Source of the DNA: Podarcis liolepis
Lineage: Eukaryota
Assembly: GCA_965112155.1 (NCBI GenBank)
Contig: OZ218103.1
DNA length: 64,000 bases
Reading direction: 5' to 3' (one strand)
Translations under genes and position numbers: made by a program
Part shown: positions 26,896-37,600 of the stretch, piece after piece
Numbering within the stretch: the stretch's first letter is position 1
Layout: every line of letters starts with the position of its first letter
The notes under the pieces: generated by a model
What the model saw: only the letters and a program-made list of their open reading frames with translations
Database searches by the model: none
Told to the model about the DNA's origin: nothing

Positions 26896-27282
26896 ATGCA
26901 GTAAGAAAATGTGCTCAACATGGGTCTGCCCATGAAGATTGGCATCTCATGTAGATTCATAATATAGTAGTTTGTTTCTCTATGTAATCTCATTGATGGG
27001 ATCTGTAATGCGATCTGCAACACAACATTGCTGTGTATCCTCATCTGCTAAGAGGAGTTCTCCTTTTCAGTGTTCCAGATGACCTGAAATCTTGTAGTCT
27101 TCATGTATCGGAATAGGTGGTGCTCTAGGTGTATGTGATAAAGGACCCCCCCCATCCCCCAAGATCTGCCAGGAAACTCTGCACTTGAGCATTTTCTTGC
27201 TTTCAAGGGGAGCATGGTTCTGGGCAGTGGGAACAGGAAATGTCATCCACTTTGCTTTCCTTCCTCCTGAAAGATCCTTGTA

Positions 27283-27612
27283 CAGTGGTATCTCAGGTTA
27301 CAGATGCTTCAGGTTACAGATGCTTTCTGTTTCTACATATACATACATTCCATAGGTATGCAAAGGTATAAATTACAGTGGTACTTCAGGTTACATACGC
27401 TTCATGTTACATACCCTTCAGGTTACAGACTCCGCTAACCCAGAAATAGTGCTTCAGGTTAAGAACTTTGCTTCAGGATGAGAGCAGAAATCAGGCTCCG
27501 GCGGCACAGCAGCGGCAGGATTGCTTCTAAAGTGGTGCTTCAGGTTAAGAACAGTTTCAGATTAAGGACGGACCTCCGGAACAAATTAAGTTCTTAACCC
27601 GAGGTACCACTG
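27283..27612 (+). mobile_element. Composite Tc1/mariner (Tigger-like) MITE with an internal second left end
   Basis: TA-cagtggtatctcagg at 27281, second TA-cagtggtacttcagg at 27374, right end gaggtaccactg-TA at 27612. Confidence 0.88.
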
Positions 27613-28087
27613 TATACTGCTGGGAGGAGAGAGTGGGTTTTTTTAACCTCATCACATATACTGTAATTTCCCTTCCAGAATGCACACAAGAAACTGTTAG
27701 GTGTTCAAAGAGTTCAATTCCCTTTCTCCCTATGCACCCCTATTTCTCTCTCGTTTTTGTTTTCAACTAGCACTCTAACATTCTGTCTCAGTTGCTGTCA
27801 GCCATAGGCTAGATTGATAGATCCACATAGCCTGACTTGTAATTCCTTTAGACCAGTCTTCCTCAGCCTAGTGTCATTCCCAGATGTGTTGGATTACCAT
27901 TCAGATCGTACAGTTATGAATTGTGGTCCAAAACATCTAGACGGCTTGTGACAGACTGCTTTAGACCACTCTCTGCCTTCAGCTCTCTGACCTGCGCACC
28001 ACACTCTCTGTAATCCTGGAAGCTCACAGGTCCCTATTAAGCTGTTTTGAGTTTTTTTAAGAAGTTGCTTTCTCTTAATTTACATTA

Positions 28088-28332
28088 CAGTAGTACCTCT
28101 GGTTACGTACTTAATTTGTTCTGGAGGTCCGTACTTAACCTGAAACTGTTCTTAACCTGAAGCACCACTTTAGCTATTGGGGCCTCTTGCTGCTGCCGCC
28201 GCGCCGCCAGAGCCTGATTTCTGTTCTCATCCTGAAGCAAAGTTCTTAACCTGAAGCACTATTTCTGGGTTAGCGGAGTCTGTAACCTGAAGTGTATGTA
28301 ACCTGAAGCGTATGTAACCTGAGGTACCACTG
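28088..28332 (-). mobile_element. Tc1/mariner (Tigger-like) MITE, inverted relative to the 27283 copy
   Basis: TIRs cagtagtacctc / gaggtaccactg, TA on both sides, internal taacctgaag repeats. Confidence 0.9.
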
Positions 28333-30498
28333 TAATATATATCTTTGCATACCTATGGAATGTCTGTATATGTAGAAACCGCTGCTTCATTTTTTGTTGT
28401 GTCAATTTTAGTCAAAATCAGTTGGTACCCAAACTCCTCATTATTGTCAGAGGGAAGGATTGGGATTGAATCCAAATAACTATGATTGGGTGTAGAAAAT
28501 GTTTTAGTGTCACTCTTTGAACTTTTGCCTAAGTTAAGATTTCTTATGTACAGTGTCACTGTGTGTCAGGGGTTTGATTACGATATGAGAAACACATTGA
28601 ATAAGAAGCAAAGAAGGTGAAGCGTAGACCATAAAAAGGTCTTGAGGTGAGCTTTCACATTGATAGGCAATATTAATTCTGTATTTACTATAGAATCTAT
28701 CGCTGTTTCATTGTGTTACCATCAATAATAAACCTTGCCTATATCCAAGGTCTCTTAAACCTCATTGAAGCCAACGACATTTAAGCAACCTACGTAAATC
28801 CAAGAAGGATTGCAGGCCAAGAGTGAAATCCATTGTGCTGTGGAATGTCTTAGGTTCCAGTATCCACTAACACAGACAATTTTCTTCAGTTCCCCCTTTT
28901 CTCTGTGGCTACCTGCACCTTTGAAAATCTCAAGACCAGTGTGGAAGGTAGCATAGGACAGGGCTTCAGGTAGAAATGGATAAAATTACTTCCCTTTATC
29001 TTACTGCTGTGTGTCTCAGCTGGATCAAACACCATTTTGCAAGTGCAACAACAGCATTGCATTCTCCCCCTATAGTTTTTATTATTACAGTTGCCCACTC
29101 TAGTTATTTGCACATTGTTCATGTGCACCAATGAAATTTTTCTGATGATTTAGCCCTACATAACCAGTCTTTAGAAGGCTCTTTGTAACATCAAACATTA
29201 TAAAAGTAAATGATTAATATGATAATCTAATAAAAATGGGTATTTTGAAATGCCATCATATAATTCTGATCCATAGTGCAAATAAAAGCTTGCATACAGC
29301 TGCGTTGTGTTTAAACTAAGGTCTGTAACTTCAACTTTTGATTTTAATTAAACCTGGAGGGTAAGCAAATGCTCTTCACATAGTTATGTTCAGCTAAAAG
29401 TAAAGTTGGCATGATGGACCCACCCCCCATTTTCTGCTTGCTATTACCAGTACTCCAAGATAAATCTTTTTAATTGCAGTTGTACATAACACATGAGGAA
29501 CTTTTCAAAAACCCTACCATTTTAGGCATTAATAGAGCTGAGGGGTCTGTATTTGCATCAAAGGTAAATACAAAACTCAATGAATATTAGTGATTTTGTA
29601 GGTGTTCTTAAAATTTTCATTCTGGGAATAATTGCCTGATACGTTTATGAAGTATATTAGTTCCTATTATAAAAGTGGCTTAATGAAGTCAAGGAATTAT
29701 TTCAAAGTAGTCATGTGTGTGTTTGGTGTTACCGTCTTCTAATTTTTCAGTAATAATCATCAAGAAGATGGGTTGAGTGAACTAGTGCCACTGACAATAA
29801 GCTGAAACGATATTTGGTTATATGTTCCTTTCCTTGGTAGTATCCTGGCCTGATCCAGGGGTTGGAGAATATGGATTGCATTCCTAGTTCTCCCATCACT
29901 TCTGGTACTATGGTCCTTCCTGCTCACTTTATCCACCATATGCTGTAATCTGGATGATCATAGAGTGTATTCATCCCTTATTGTGTGACTTTCTAAACAA
30001 ATAGAGCCTGCTGTGCAGTTCCCTAATGCACTGTGCTCAGGCATCATTCACCAAGTGAGTGCTGAGGTAGGCTGAAAAGGACCAGTCAGTACAATCCAGT
30101 GACAGGTTGCCTAATGGGTGCCAGATGGGGGCATTTAAAGTGCTGCATCATCAGATTTGCCCAATAGACTCCCTTTCCCCCATCCCCAAAGCCATTTGTT
30201 TCATGCAACTGATACCTTAGCTTTTCTGAATGAAAGCAAACCTAAAAGGCAACAGTTGAGATTTAAAAAAATATTTAATTTGTATCATTTTGGGTTGAAA
30301 AAAGTCACCTAGACTATTTAAAAGTATACATATATGTGTAATGTTTACTCTGAAAATAATCAGCATGTCTTACATGAATATTATGTGACCTGTAGTCCTT
30401 TAAAATATAATTGTGGTCATTTAATTATGGTTGGAGAGAGCAGATAGGAGGATATCCTGCAGAACACATTAGCTATTACTCCAATATGCATTGGAGCA

Positions 30499-31266
30499 TT
30501 GATTACTTTTTTAGATCATAATCTGGCCAGTTTCATTTTTAGAGCTAAAAACCTATTCAAAAAAGAAAGAATAGTTCTGTTAAGAATATTTGAAAATAGA
30601 GCACCTGCAACCTCTCTGATAGGGCCCAAGAGCATAGGAGTGGAAGTTCACAAAAGGGAAAAAACCAACCACCAAAACCATCGAAATAGAAAGCATAAGC
30701 TCCAGCAGGATCATCCCCACCAAACAGCACCAAATGAAAAAAAGGAAGCCTCACATCCAACTGGCGTCGGGCCTCCCACGTGGGATAGTGAGGACTCCGT
30801 TTGGGAGGAAGAACTCTCGCTGATAAAGCGATTCTGGTCACTGCATTCTCCAGCTCAAACTGAGATCCTGAAAAGATTTGATTTACTTCGAAGCAGACTA
30901 GAAAAAAAGGATGATCAAGGTGAGACAATGAAGGACCCTTATGTGCAGCCCATATCTCCCAAATGTCTGGTGGATAAGAAGACAGTGGGAGGCACCTTTA
31001 AATGTGTAGACGTGGAATTACAATCAGAGCCCCCTGTGATGTACAATAAAGTAAGACCAAAGCAAGGTGTGAAACCTCAAAGCTCCTGGCACAGCTATCT
31101 TAAATTGTCTCCGAATGAATTAGCTTCCCCCCCAACTCCAAAATCTAGCCCCAAATCACCAAGAAAAGAGGATCACTACACTCTCTCCAAGCAGCCAGCC
31201 TCGAAAAGAACCAACGGGTGTGTTTTTTTAGACACCAAAGAATTGCTGGACATGGTGGTGACATAG
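30499..31266 (+). CDS. LINE ORF1, C-terminal part (no native start codon)
   Basis: 255-codon open frame directly upstream of and overlapping ORF2. LITF...ASFIFRAKNLFKKERIVL resembles the end of a LINE ORF1 RRM/CTD region (inference), followed by basic and S/P-rich linkers. Confidence 0.65.
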   Translation: MITFLDHNLASFIFRAKNLFKKERIVLLRIFENRAPATSLIGPKSIGVEVHKREKTNHQNHRNRKHKLQQDHPHQTAPNEKKEASHPTGVGPPTWDSEDSVWEEELSLIKRFWSLHSPAQTEILKRFDLLRSRLEKKDDQGETMKDPYVQPISPKCLVDKKTVGGTFKCVDVELQSEPPVMYNKVRPKQGVKPQSSWHSYLKLSPNELASPPTPKSSPKSPRKEDHYTLSKQPASKRTNGCVFLDTKELLDMVVT

Positions 31267-34200
31267 ATCCAGCTCCCCGAAGGGCCCGGGGCCTAAAAGT
31301 GCTGTCTTGGAATATCGCGGGTTGGCACGCCAAGAAAAATAATCAACAATTTTTGTGCTACCTTAAGCAATTTGACATCATCTTCTTTCAGGAGACATGG
31401 CAGAATGACCCTATATTTCTTAATGGGTATAACTGCCACTACCTGCCTGCCTCTCCATCTCAAAGGGGCGGCAGATCTAGTGGTGGCCTAGCTTGCTTCA
31501 TTTCCACGGAGCTAGCGCACTCTCTAACAGCCCTACCCAGCTGCAATTCCTTAGCAACAGCCGCTCTACTTAGCTTCAAGAGAACTTTTCTCTTGCTGGT
31601 CAATGTCTATATTCCCCCAGGCCAAAAAAAACCCGTTGTTAAGGCTACATGGGCTGAGCTAGAGGCGTTCTTAGAGCCTCTCGAATCTACTTACCCGTCT
31701 GCCCTGACTATTGTGTGTGGAGACTTCAATGCTCGTATAGGAACAGATGACAACAGTCTATACACTCATTTCAACCAATTTATGGACCCTGAAGAACAGA
31801 CGGATATTGGCGCGACACGTCTGTCCAAAGATAGTAGAAGTAATTTTCCAGGTCTCTGCTTAGTGCAGGCTGCTAGACGGAGGGAACTGCTGATATTAAA
31901 CGGCAATATAGAGGGGGACCGCCCCGGGGAATATACCCATTTCTCCAAGGCTGGGGGAAGTGTTATAGATTATATCTTAATCTCAAGATTTGCTCACAGC
32001 TTTATAAGGAAGTTTCAAGTGGGCCATAATACTCTGAGTGATCACCTACCTCTAATTTTAGAGCTTGCAGGTGGGCCTTTTGACTATTCTATTGCCGAGC
32101 CACAATATATACCTTCTGTAAATTTGGATATACCTGCCCCCAAAAGACTCAAATGGTCCCCAATATTGAATGAAAACCTAACCCTCCTTCTTCAGTCAGT
32201 GGAGTTAAAGCTTATTCGCTCCGCTATTGTATCAGGAAATTCAGCAGCTGCGATTATGGAACGCTTTAAATTACTCTTGGAAAGATTGAAACCCCATTTA
32301 ACAACAGTGATACATAGCTCCGCTACAAAGAGGGCAAAGGACGGAGCTAGCTGGTTTGACCTGGAGTGCAGGCAAACAAGGAGACAAATGAGAACAGCCT
32401 ACCGGAGATACAGGAAATCAGGGACTGCCCTCCTACTTAATGCTTATATTTATCTGAGACGGTCGTACAAACAATTATTAAGGAGAAAGAAACTGGAAGC
32501 TGAAAGAGCCGCATGGCACAGGTTGGTTAAGGCATCGCACGAGAAAGATACTACTTGCTTTTGGCGAACCATATCTGGTCTACTGGACCAGGAGCGTACT
32601 AATTCCATCTGTACAGTGGAACCAATGGAGTGGTTGCGCCATTTTCAATCTTTGTTCTATGACCAGGAAGCCCAACATTACAAACTATGCATTCAACTGG
32701 AGGACCTACCTCATTGGCCAGCAGTAACTGCGAAGGAAGTTGAGAATTTAATCGCACAACTAAAGAACAACAAGGCCCCAGGGAATGATTACATCCCTGC
32801 CGAACTTCTGAAGTCCAACATTGGCTGGTGGGCCCCCCTGCTGGCGTCTTTATTTTCTTGGATCGACTCAACGGGTTTACTTCCAGATGGTTGGACTGAG
32901 GCAATAATTATCCCAATCTATAAAAAAGGACCCATGACAGATCCGGCGAGTTATAGACCAATCAGCCTTCTGCCTATACCCAGCAAACTATATGCCAAAC
33001 ATCTTTATACCAAGCTAACTAGCTGGCTGGAAACTGAAGCTATTCTAGCGGAAGAGCAAGCGGGTTTCAGGCAAGGCAGATCCACCATAGACCATTGCTT
33101 CACCCTAGCCTATTTAATTGACAAATATGCCAAAAAATCCCGTGGGGTGTTATATGCAGCATTTATCGATCTAAAGGCTGCTTTCGATTCAATTCCACGT
33201 GTAAGACTCTGGGACAAATTGAGCACCTCTAGCATAGACAAAAGACTATTATTTCTGATCAGCTGTTTATACAAAGACACGGTGCTGCATGTAAGAACTT
33301 CGTTAAATGGCCATCTTATAGGACCAGTTCCTGTCAGTAAGGGGGTCAAGCAAGGTTGCATCCTGGCCCCAGTTCTATTCAACATCTACATCAATGATAT
33401 GGTTAACTGTTTGTCATCTCCGGACTTCCACGCCCCCAAACTGGCTGACAAAGCAATATCAGTGCTTTTGTACGCTGACGATGCGATACTCCTATCCCGA
33501 ACAAGAATAGGTTTAAATAGGCTCATAGGTGAATTCTCAGCATACTGTAGAAGAGAGCAACTTGCAATAAACTATCAGAAAACCAAAATCATGGTTTTTG
33601 CAAGGAAACACAGACAGTACAGCTGGAGGATGGATAACCAGACAATTGAACAAGTCAAAGCCTTCAAATATCTGGGTATCGTTTTCCAGTCGACCGGGTC
33701 CTGGGATGTCCATCAAAAATATGCCAAAGAAAAAGCTGCTCAAAGCATCAAGATGCTGTCCCGCTTCTTCTACACGAAGGGGGGCAGATACATCCCAGCA
33801 GCCCTTGAAGTTTTCCAAGCAAAACCTCTGGCGCAGTTACTGTACGGGGCGCAAATCTGGACGGGGATCCATTGCTCCAGTCTTGAAACTGTCCAGTCCA
33901 AATTTCTAAGGCAGATACTCGGTGTCCCCTCCTGTGTTCCAAACGCAGCATTACGACTCGAGGCCTGCCTTCCATCTGTGGAAACTCGGACCTGGCAGAG
34001 AACATTTAATTATTGGCTTCGTCTTAATCTGAATCCTCCTGGTCTACTGCCGCTAGTAATGCAAGACCCTCACAAAAGCAAGTGGTTTAAAACTGTGCAT
34101 CAAAAACTCCTTACATGCGGTCTGCACTCACAGTCCCTACTATCAATGGGCCTCATTAAAGCAAAGAGTCTAATAGGCCAGCGCCTGAAAGACATTGAAC

Positions 34201-34628
34201 GACAAAACAACCTGACTATCTTAAAGAAACTGTGCCCATGGTATACCTACTTTCCCCCTTCTCATTTTGACTCTCCAGCCTCATATTTGTCTAAATTAAC
34301 CATCCCAAAATACAGACGTGCCTTTACATTGGCTAGATGGGATGTTCTTCCCTCTGCTGTACTCGAAGGTCGTTACCAAAAGACTCCATTTGAAAAACGA
34401 CTCTGCCCATGTGGAGATGGTAACACGGAAACAGTGTCCCACGTCCTTCTTTCTTGCCCCCTTTACAAAGACCTAAGGAATGAGATTATTACTCCACTCA
34501 TTCTCTCCAACCCCGGCCGTTCACCTGACATTACACTGTATTTTCTATTATCTGATACGGATAGTCAGATAACAGAGAAGGTCGCGAGGTACATCGAGAG
34601 AGCTGCGAAATTGAGGGCCACCATCTGA
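31218..34628 (+). CDS. LINE ORF2: APE endonuclease + reverse transcriptase + C-terminal CCHC motif
   Basis: APE motifs LSWNIAG, FQETW, GDFNAR, SVIDY, SDHLP; RT motifs KAPGND, YRPISLL, QAGFR, FIDLKAAFDS, GVKQGCILAP, YADD, YLG; C-terminal LEGRY..P.EKRLCPC...ETVSHVLLSCPLY is typical of RTE-X. No stops. Frame open from 31149; first in-frame ATG only at 31782. Confidence 0.97.
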   Translation: MCFFRHQRIAGHGGDIDPAPRRARGLKVLSWNIAGWHAKKNNQQFLCYLKQFDIIFFQETWQNDPIFLNGYNCHYLPASPSQRGGRSSGGLACFISTELAHSLTALPSCNSLATAALLSFKRTFLLLVNVYIPPGQKKPVVKATWAELEAFLEPLESTYPSALTIVCGDFNARIGTDDNSLYTHFNQFMDPEEQTDIGATRLSKDSRSNFPGLCLVQAARRRELLILNGNIEGDRPGEYTHFSKAGGSVIDYILISRFAHSFIRKFQVGHNTLSDHLPLILELAGGPFDYSIAEPQYIPSVNLDIPAPKRLKWSPILNENLTLLLQSVELKLIRSAIVSGNSAAAIMERFKLLLERLKPHLTTVIHSSATKRAKDGASWFDLECRQTRRQMRTAYRRYRKSGTALLLNAYIYLRRSYKQLLRRKKLEAERAAWHRLVKASHEKDTTCFWRTISGLLDQERTNSICTVEPMEWLRHFQSLFYDQEAQHYKLCIQLEDLPHWPAVTAKEVENLIAQLKNNKAPGNDYIPAELLKSNIGWWAPLLASLFSWIDSTGLLPDGWTEAIIIPIYKKGPMTDPASYRPISLLPIPSKLYAKHLYTKLTSWLETEAILAEEQAGFRQGRSTIDHCFTLAYLIDKYAKKSRGVLYAAFIDLKAAFDSIPRVRLWDKLSTSSIDKRLLFLISCLYKDTVLHVRTSLNGHLIGPVPVSKGVKQGCILAPVLFNIYINDMVNCLSSPDFHAPKLADKAISVLLYADDAILLSRTRIGLNRLIGEFSAYCRREQLAINYQKTKIMVFARKHRQYSWRMDNQTIEQVKAFKYLGIVFQSTGSWDVHQKYAKEKAAQSIKMLSRFFYTKGGRYIPAALEVFQAKPLAQLLYGAQIWTGIHCSSLETVQSKFLRQILGVPSCVPNAALRLEACLPSVETRTWQRTFNYWLRLNLNPPGLLPLVMQDPHKSKWFKTVHQKLLTCGLHSQSLLSMGLIKAKSLIGQRLKDIERQNNLTILKKLCPWYTYFPPSHFDSPASYLSKLTIPKYRRAFTLARWDVLPSAVLEGRYQKTPFEKRLCPCGDGNTETVSHVLLSCPLYKDLRNEIITPLILSNPGRSPDITLYFLLSDTDSQITEKVARYIERAAKLRATI

Positions 34629-37600
34629 GTGACAGACCTGTTCACCCGACGGACCTCCTTTTGCCTGTTCTTTTCTTCCTTTTATCCCTATTCTCACTTT
34701 TAACTCTTGTACAGCTGTGGCCTGTTGGCTTTGCTAATAAAGTTTTGATTTGATTTGCTAATCTTGTTAACTTTGCTTTCCAGTTCTTAATTTTATTTTA
34801 TATTCTGTATGTATGTTTGTATATAAAATATTTGGAGAATGATGTCAGAGGTCTGCTATGAAATTTGAAGTGAGGGCAATGATGGTTTGTGAGCTATAGC
34901 AGCAAGTGAGGGATCAATGTGTTCAGAGGGGCAGGGACTCAGGAGAGGGAAGGCTACAAATGTAACAGTTTTAATTATTTGCATATATGTAATGTACAAA
35001 AGAGAAGGGGGAGGGGTTGCCAGGCTTTATCAAACTGGTCAAAATGCAGCCCACATATTCTTTTTAAAAGAATATATTTCTGCATACACTCACAATAAAT
35101 TGTAGAAAGATCACTAGGAGTCAGATCTTGAAAGACTGGATTGTCTTGATTAAAGAACAAGTCTTTAAAGATGTTGCATACCCCTACTGGGTGGAAAACA
35201 ATATACCTTAAAATGGGAAGAAAATTGTTACTCCCAAGTGCTTTCATGGTCACATAGCTATGATGACTGAGTTTATGCACGAATGGGTAGCACTTGATTA
35301 TTGCAGAATCAAGTGATGACTTGCATGCGTGAACAATATGATACAATAAATATTTATTGCTTGTAGCCATAGGCCATTGCATGCAATACACATAAAAAGC
35401 AAATGTCTACAACACAGACATAAAATATGAGTAATTACGTTACCCACTTCTCATTTAACATGCAGACATGTGTGAACAAGCCAACATAGTTCCGCTCTCA
35501 TGTAGCATAGGAACCACGGTAGCATAGTACATTCCTGTGCTGCTGGGGTTACTTGAGAAGCCGTGGGCCATGAGGAAGGAGCACACACTTTCTCCTTCTG
35601 ACACTAGAACTGTTCCAGTTTCAGATTGAGGGAGGGAACAGTCCACACTTTTAGGGGTGAGCCAACAAGTGGTGTGTTATGGAAGGATTTACATGCATAC
35701 ATACATTTGCTGAACCTATTCTAGAGGCATATTTGCCCAGGATTTTCAAGTTTGGTTTTGTGCCTTAGTACAGTATTTCTCAACATTTCCAGGACCCAAC
35801 TAAGTTTCTAAGTCCATAGTCGTACCAACACTGTGACCCACCTTAGATCAGGTTGATACCTAATAATGCGTCGTCTCAACTCACCACTTGAAGATTCAGT
35901 GGTTTATGGCTTGTGTGTGTGTGTGTTCAGATGACCTCATATACAAATTATGGGAGCCGTGTTCTTTTTTCGGAAGACATACCATTAAATGGGCTCCATA
36001 TTCCTAAACTGAACTGGAATCACTCTTACTGATCGTTATACTATGTAATTTTTCTGTCTCCCACAAGCATTGCTTATTTTTTCTCATTCACTCACTCCAT
36101 TGTTTGGGTACTGTGCCATCCAGCCTTATCAAAATATTTTTCATTTTGGCATGTTAGAAAAGTGACAGCTGGGTCAGAGATGCAGACATGAATAGACATA
36201 AGGAAGGGCCAGGATCTGTGTGGTGAATAAACGCCTCTCCCAGGATCTGCTCCCTTTTGTTTCCTAATCTTCAGCATAAAACTGCCATAACCATGTGCTC
36301 TGTCTGTGACCAGCCCCTTCCCCCAACCCTAGCAAAGACTGAAGTCTCTTCTTCTAAATAACCTTTTACGTTGCTGGACCTGCACCCTAAGAGTTCCATG
36401 CATTAGTCTGCCTTGGATCTCAGTGCTGCTATTTCCCAGTGTCTAGTTACAGATCTGTCTGTAATACTTATCTGTTCCTTTATTGTCTGTGTTGCTTAGC
36501 TCCCCTTAATCTCTGTCAGAATGCAAAAAATCTGTGTGTCCGGTTTCAGTGTCGCTCACAGTACTTTTAATAACTTTGTGTTCCCTTTGATTTCAGTTAT
36601 CAGAAACTGCACGGCTGGGTTTTCCTGTATCATGCTCAGTGGCAGGCTCATAATGGATTGTTCCTCCAAAGAGATGATGCAGTAGCTGAATTTGCCTAGG
36701 TCTTCCAAGCCTCTTCTCCCTGAATATCCTTTTTCATTTGTTTTTGTTTTGTTATTGGCCCTGCAACTTCAGAAGATGCATTTTGTTCACTTGCTAATGG
36801 TTTGGACACACTGGCTCCTTGGTAGTTACAAATCTTGGTAGTTACAAAATTAACTATATACCAAATCTGCAAGTTATACAAAGATTATTTGATTGCTTGA
36901 TCGACTGTGAAAGCAAACCCCCACACAGTATAAGCAGAATAAGAGCTTATGTAGATCTTGTTGCTGATAGAAGGTTAGATACTCTATTCTAATTAAAATA
37001 AATTCCAGCAGCATAATATAGAACAGAATAAGGGATGTTGGTGGTCTGTAGGAAAAGAGCCGTAGATATAAGTAGATATGTGACCTGAGTATGTTTTCCT
37101 TCATGGCTGTATGATTCTCATGCCTAGAACACTTTTATTCTCAAAATATTAACAGATTTTGTCTTCAATATTTAACAAAACCTTTCTCTGAATTATACCC
37201 TTTTATTTTTAAAGCCAAATCTGGAGTTTTGAGGAATCTGAAAGACAACACCTGATTCTCTGCTGGAAGCTTGTAGCAGTACAATAAGCCATTGTGTCTC
37301 AGGATAACAGTGGCCTATTGGTTTAGACTGAGGTCTCAAGAGTCCATGGAATCTCCAGTTTGAATCAAGCTGGCAGTTTCCCTCCTTTTAAACATATTAT
37401 GCACGTGCCTCATCCCTGATTGGCATGACCACACAAAAAGGCCATTTGTAGTTGTTTGCACATGCACATCTAGAACTAGTACTGTGGCATTTTTTTCAAG
37501 TGTCAACATTGGGCCTGCTACACTGGGCCCAAGTTCAGATACATTTGCTGCACAGCGTCCTGCACTCTGGGGGAGCAGTCGATGGAGCACAGCTGCTGAT

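Larger units (their letters stand above)
30476..34757 (+). mobile_element. RTE-X-type non-LTR retrotransposon, young, 5'-truncated within ORF1
   Basis: Two overlapping ORFs, short 3'UTR, AATAAA at 34736-34741 and (TTTGA)n tail ending at 34757. 5' boundary uncertain (~30476-30525). Clade call rests on ORF2 C-terminal motifs. Confidence 0.85.

Noticed and set aside
27376-27612. Regularly recurring cttcaggtta units resembling a CRISPR-like array
   Set aside because: These are subterminal repeats of a eukaryotic TA-flanked MITE present in several copies; there are no unique spacers or cas genes.
31218-31220. ORF-track start of ORF2 as 'M'
   Set aside because: The codon is GTG, an artefact of alternative-start calling; there is no ATG until 31782.
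31257-31283. GDIDPAP before the APE domain resembles a 2A-like ribosome-skipping motif (GD[V/I]ExNPGP) found in some LINEs
   Set aside because: It lacks the essential E and NPGP and the upstream leucine-rich helix; at most a degenerate relic.
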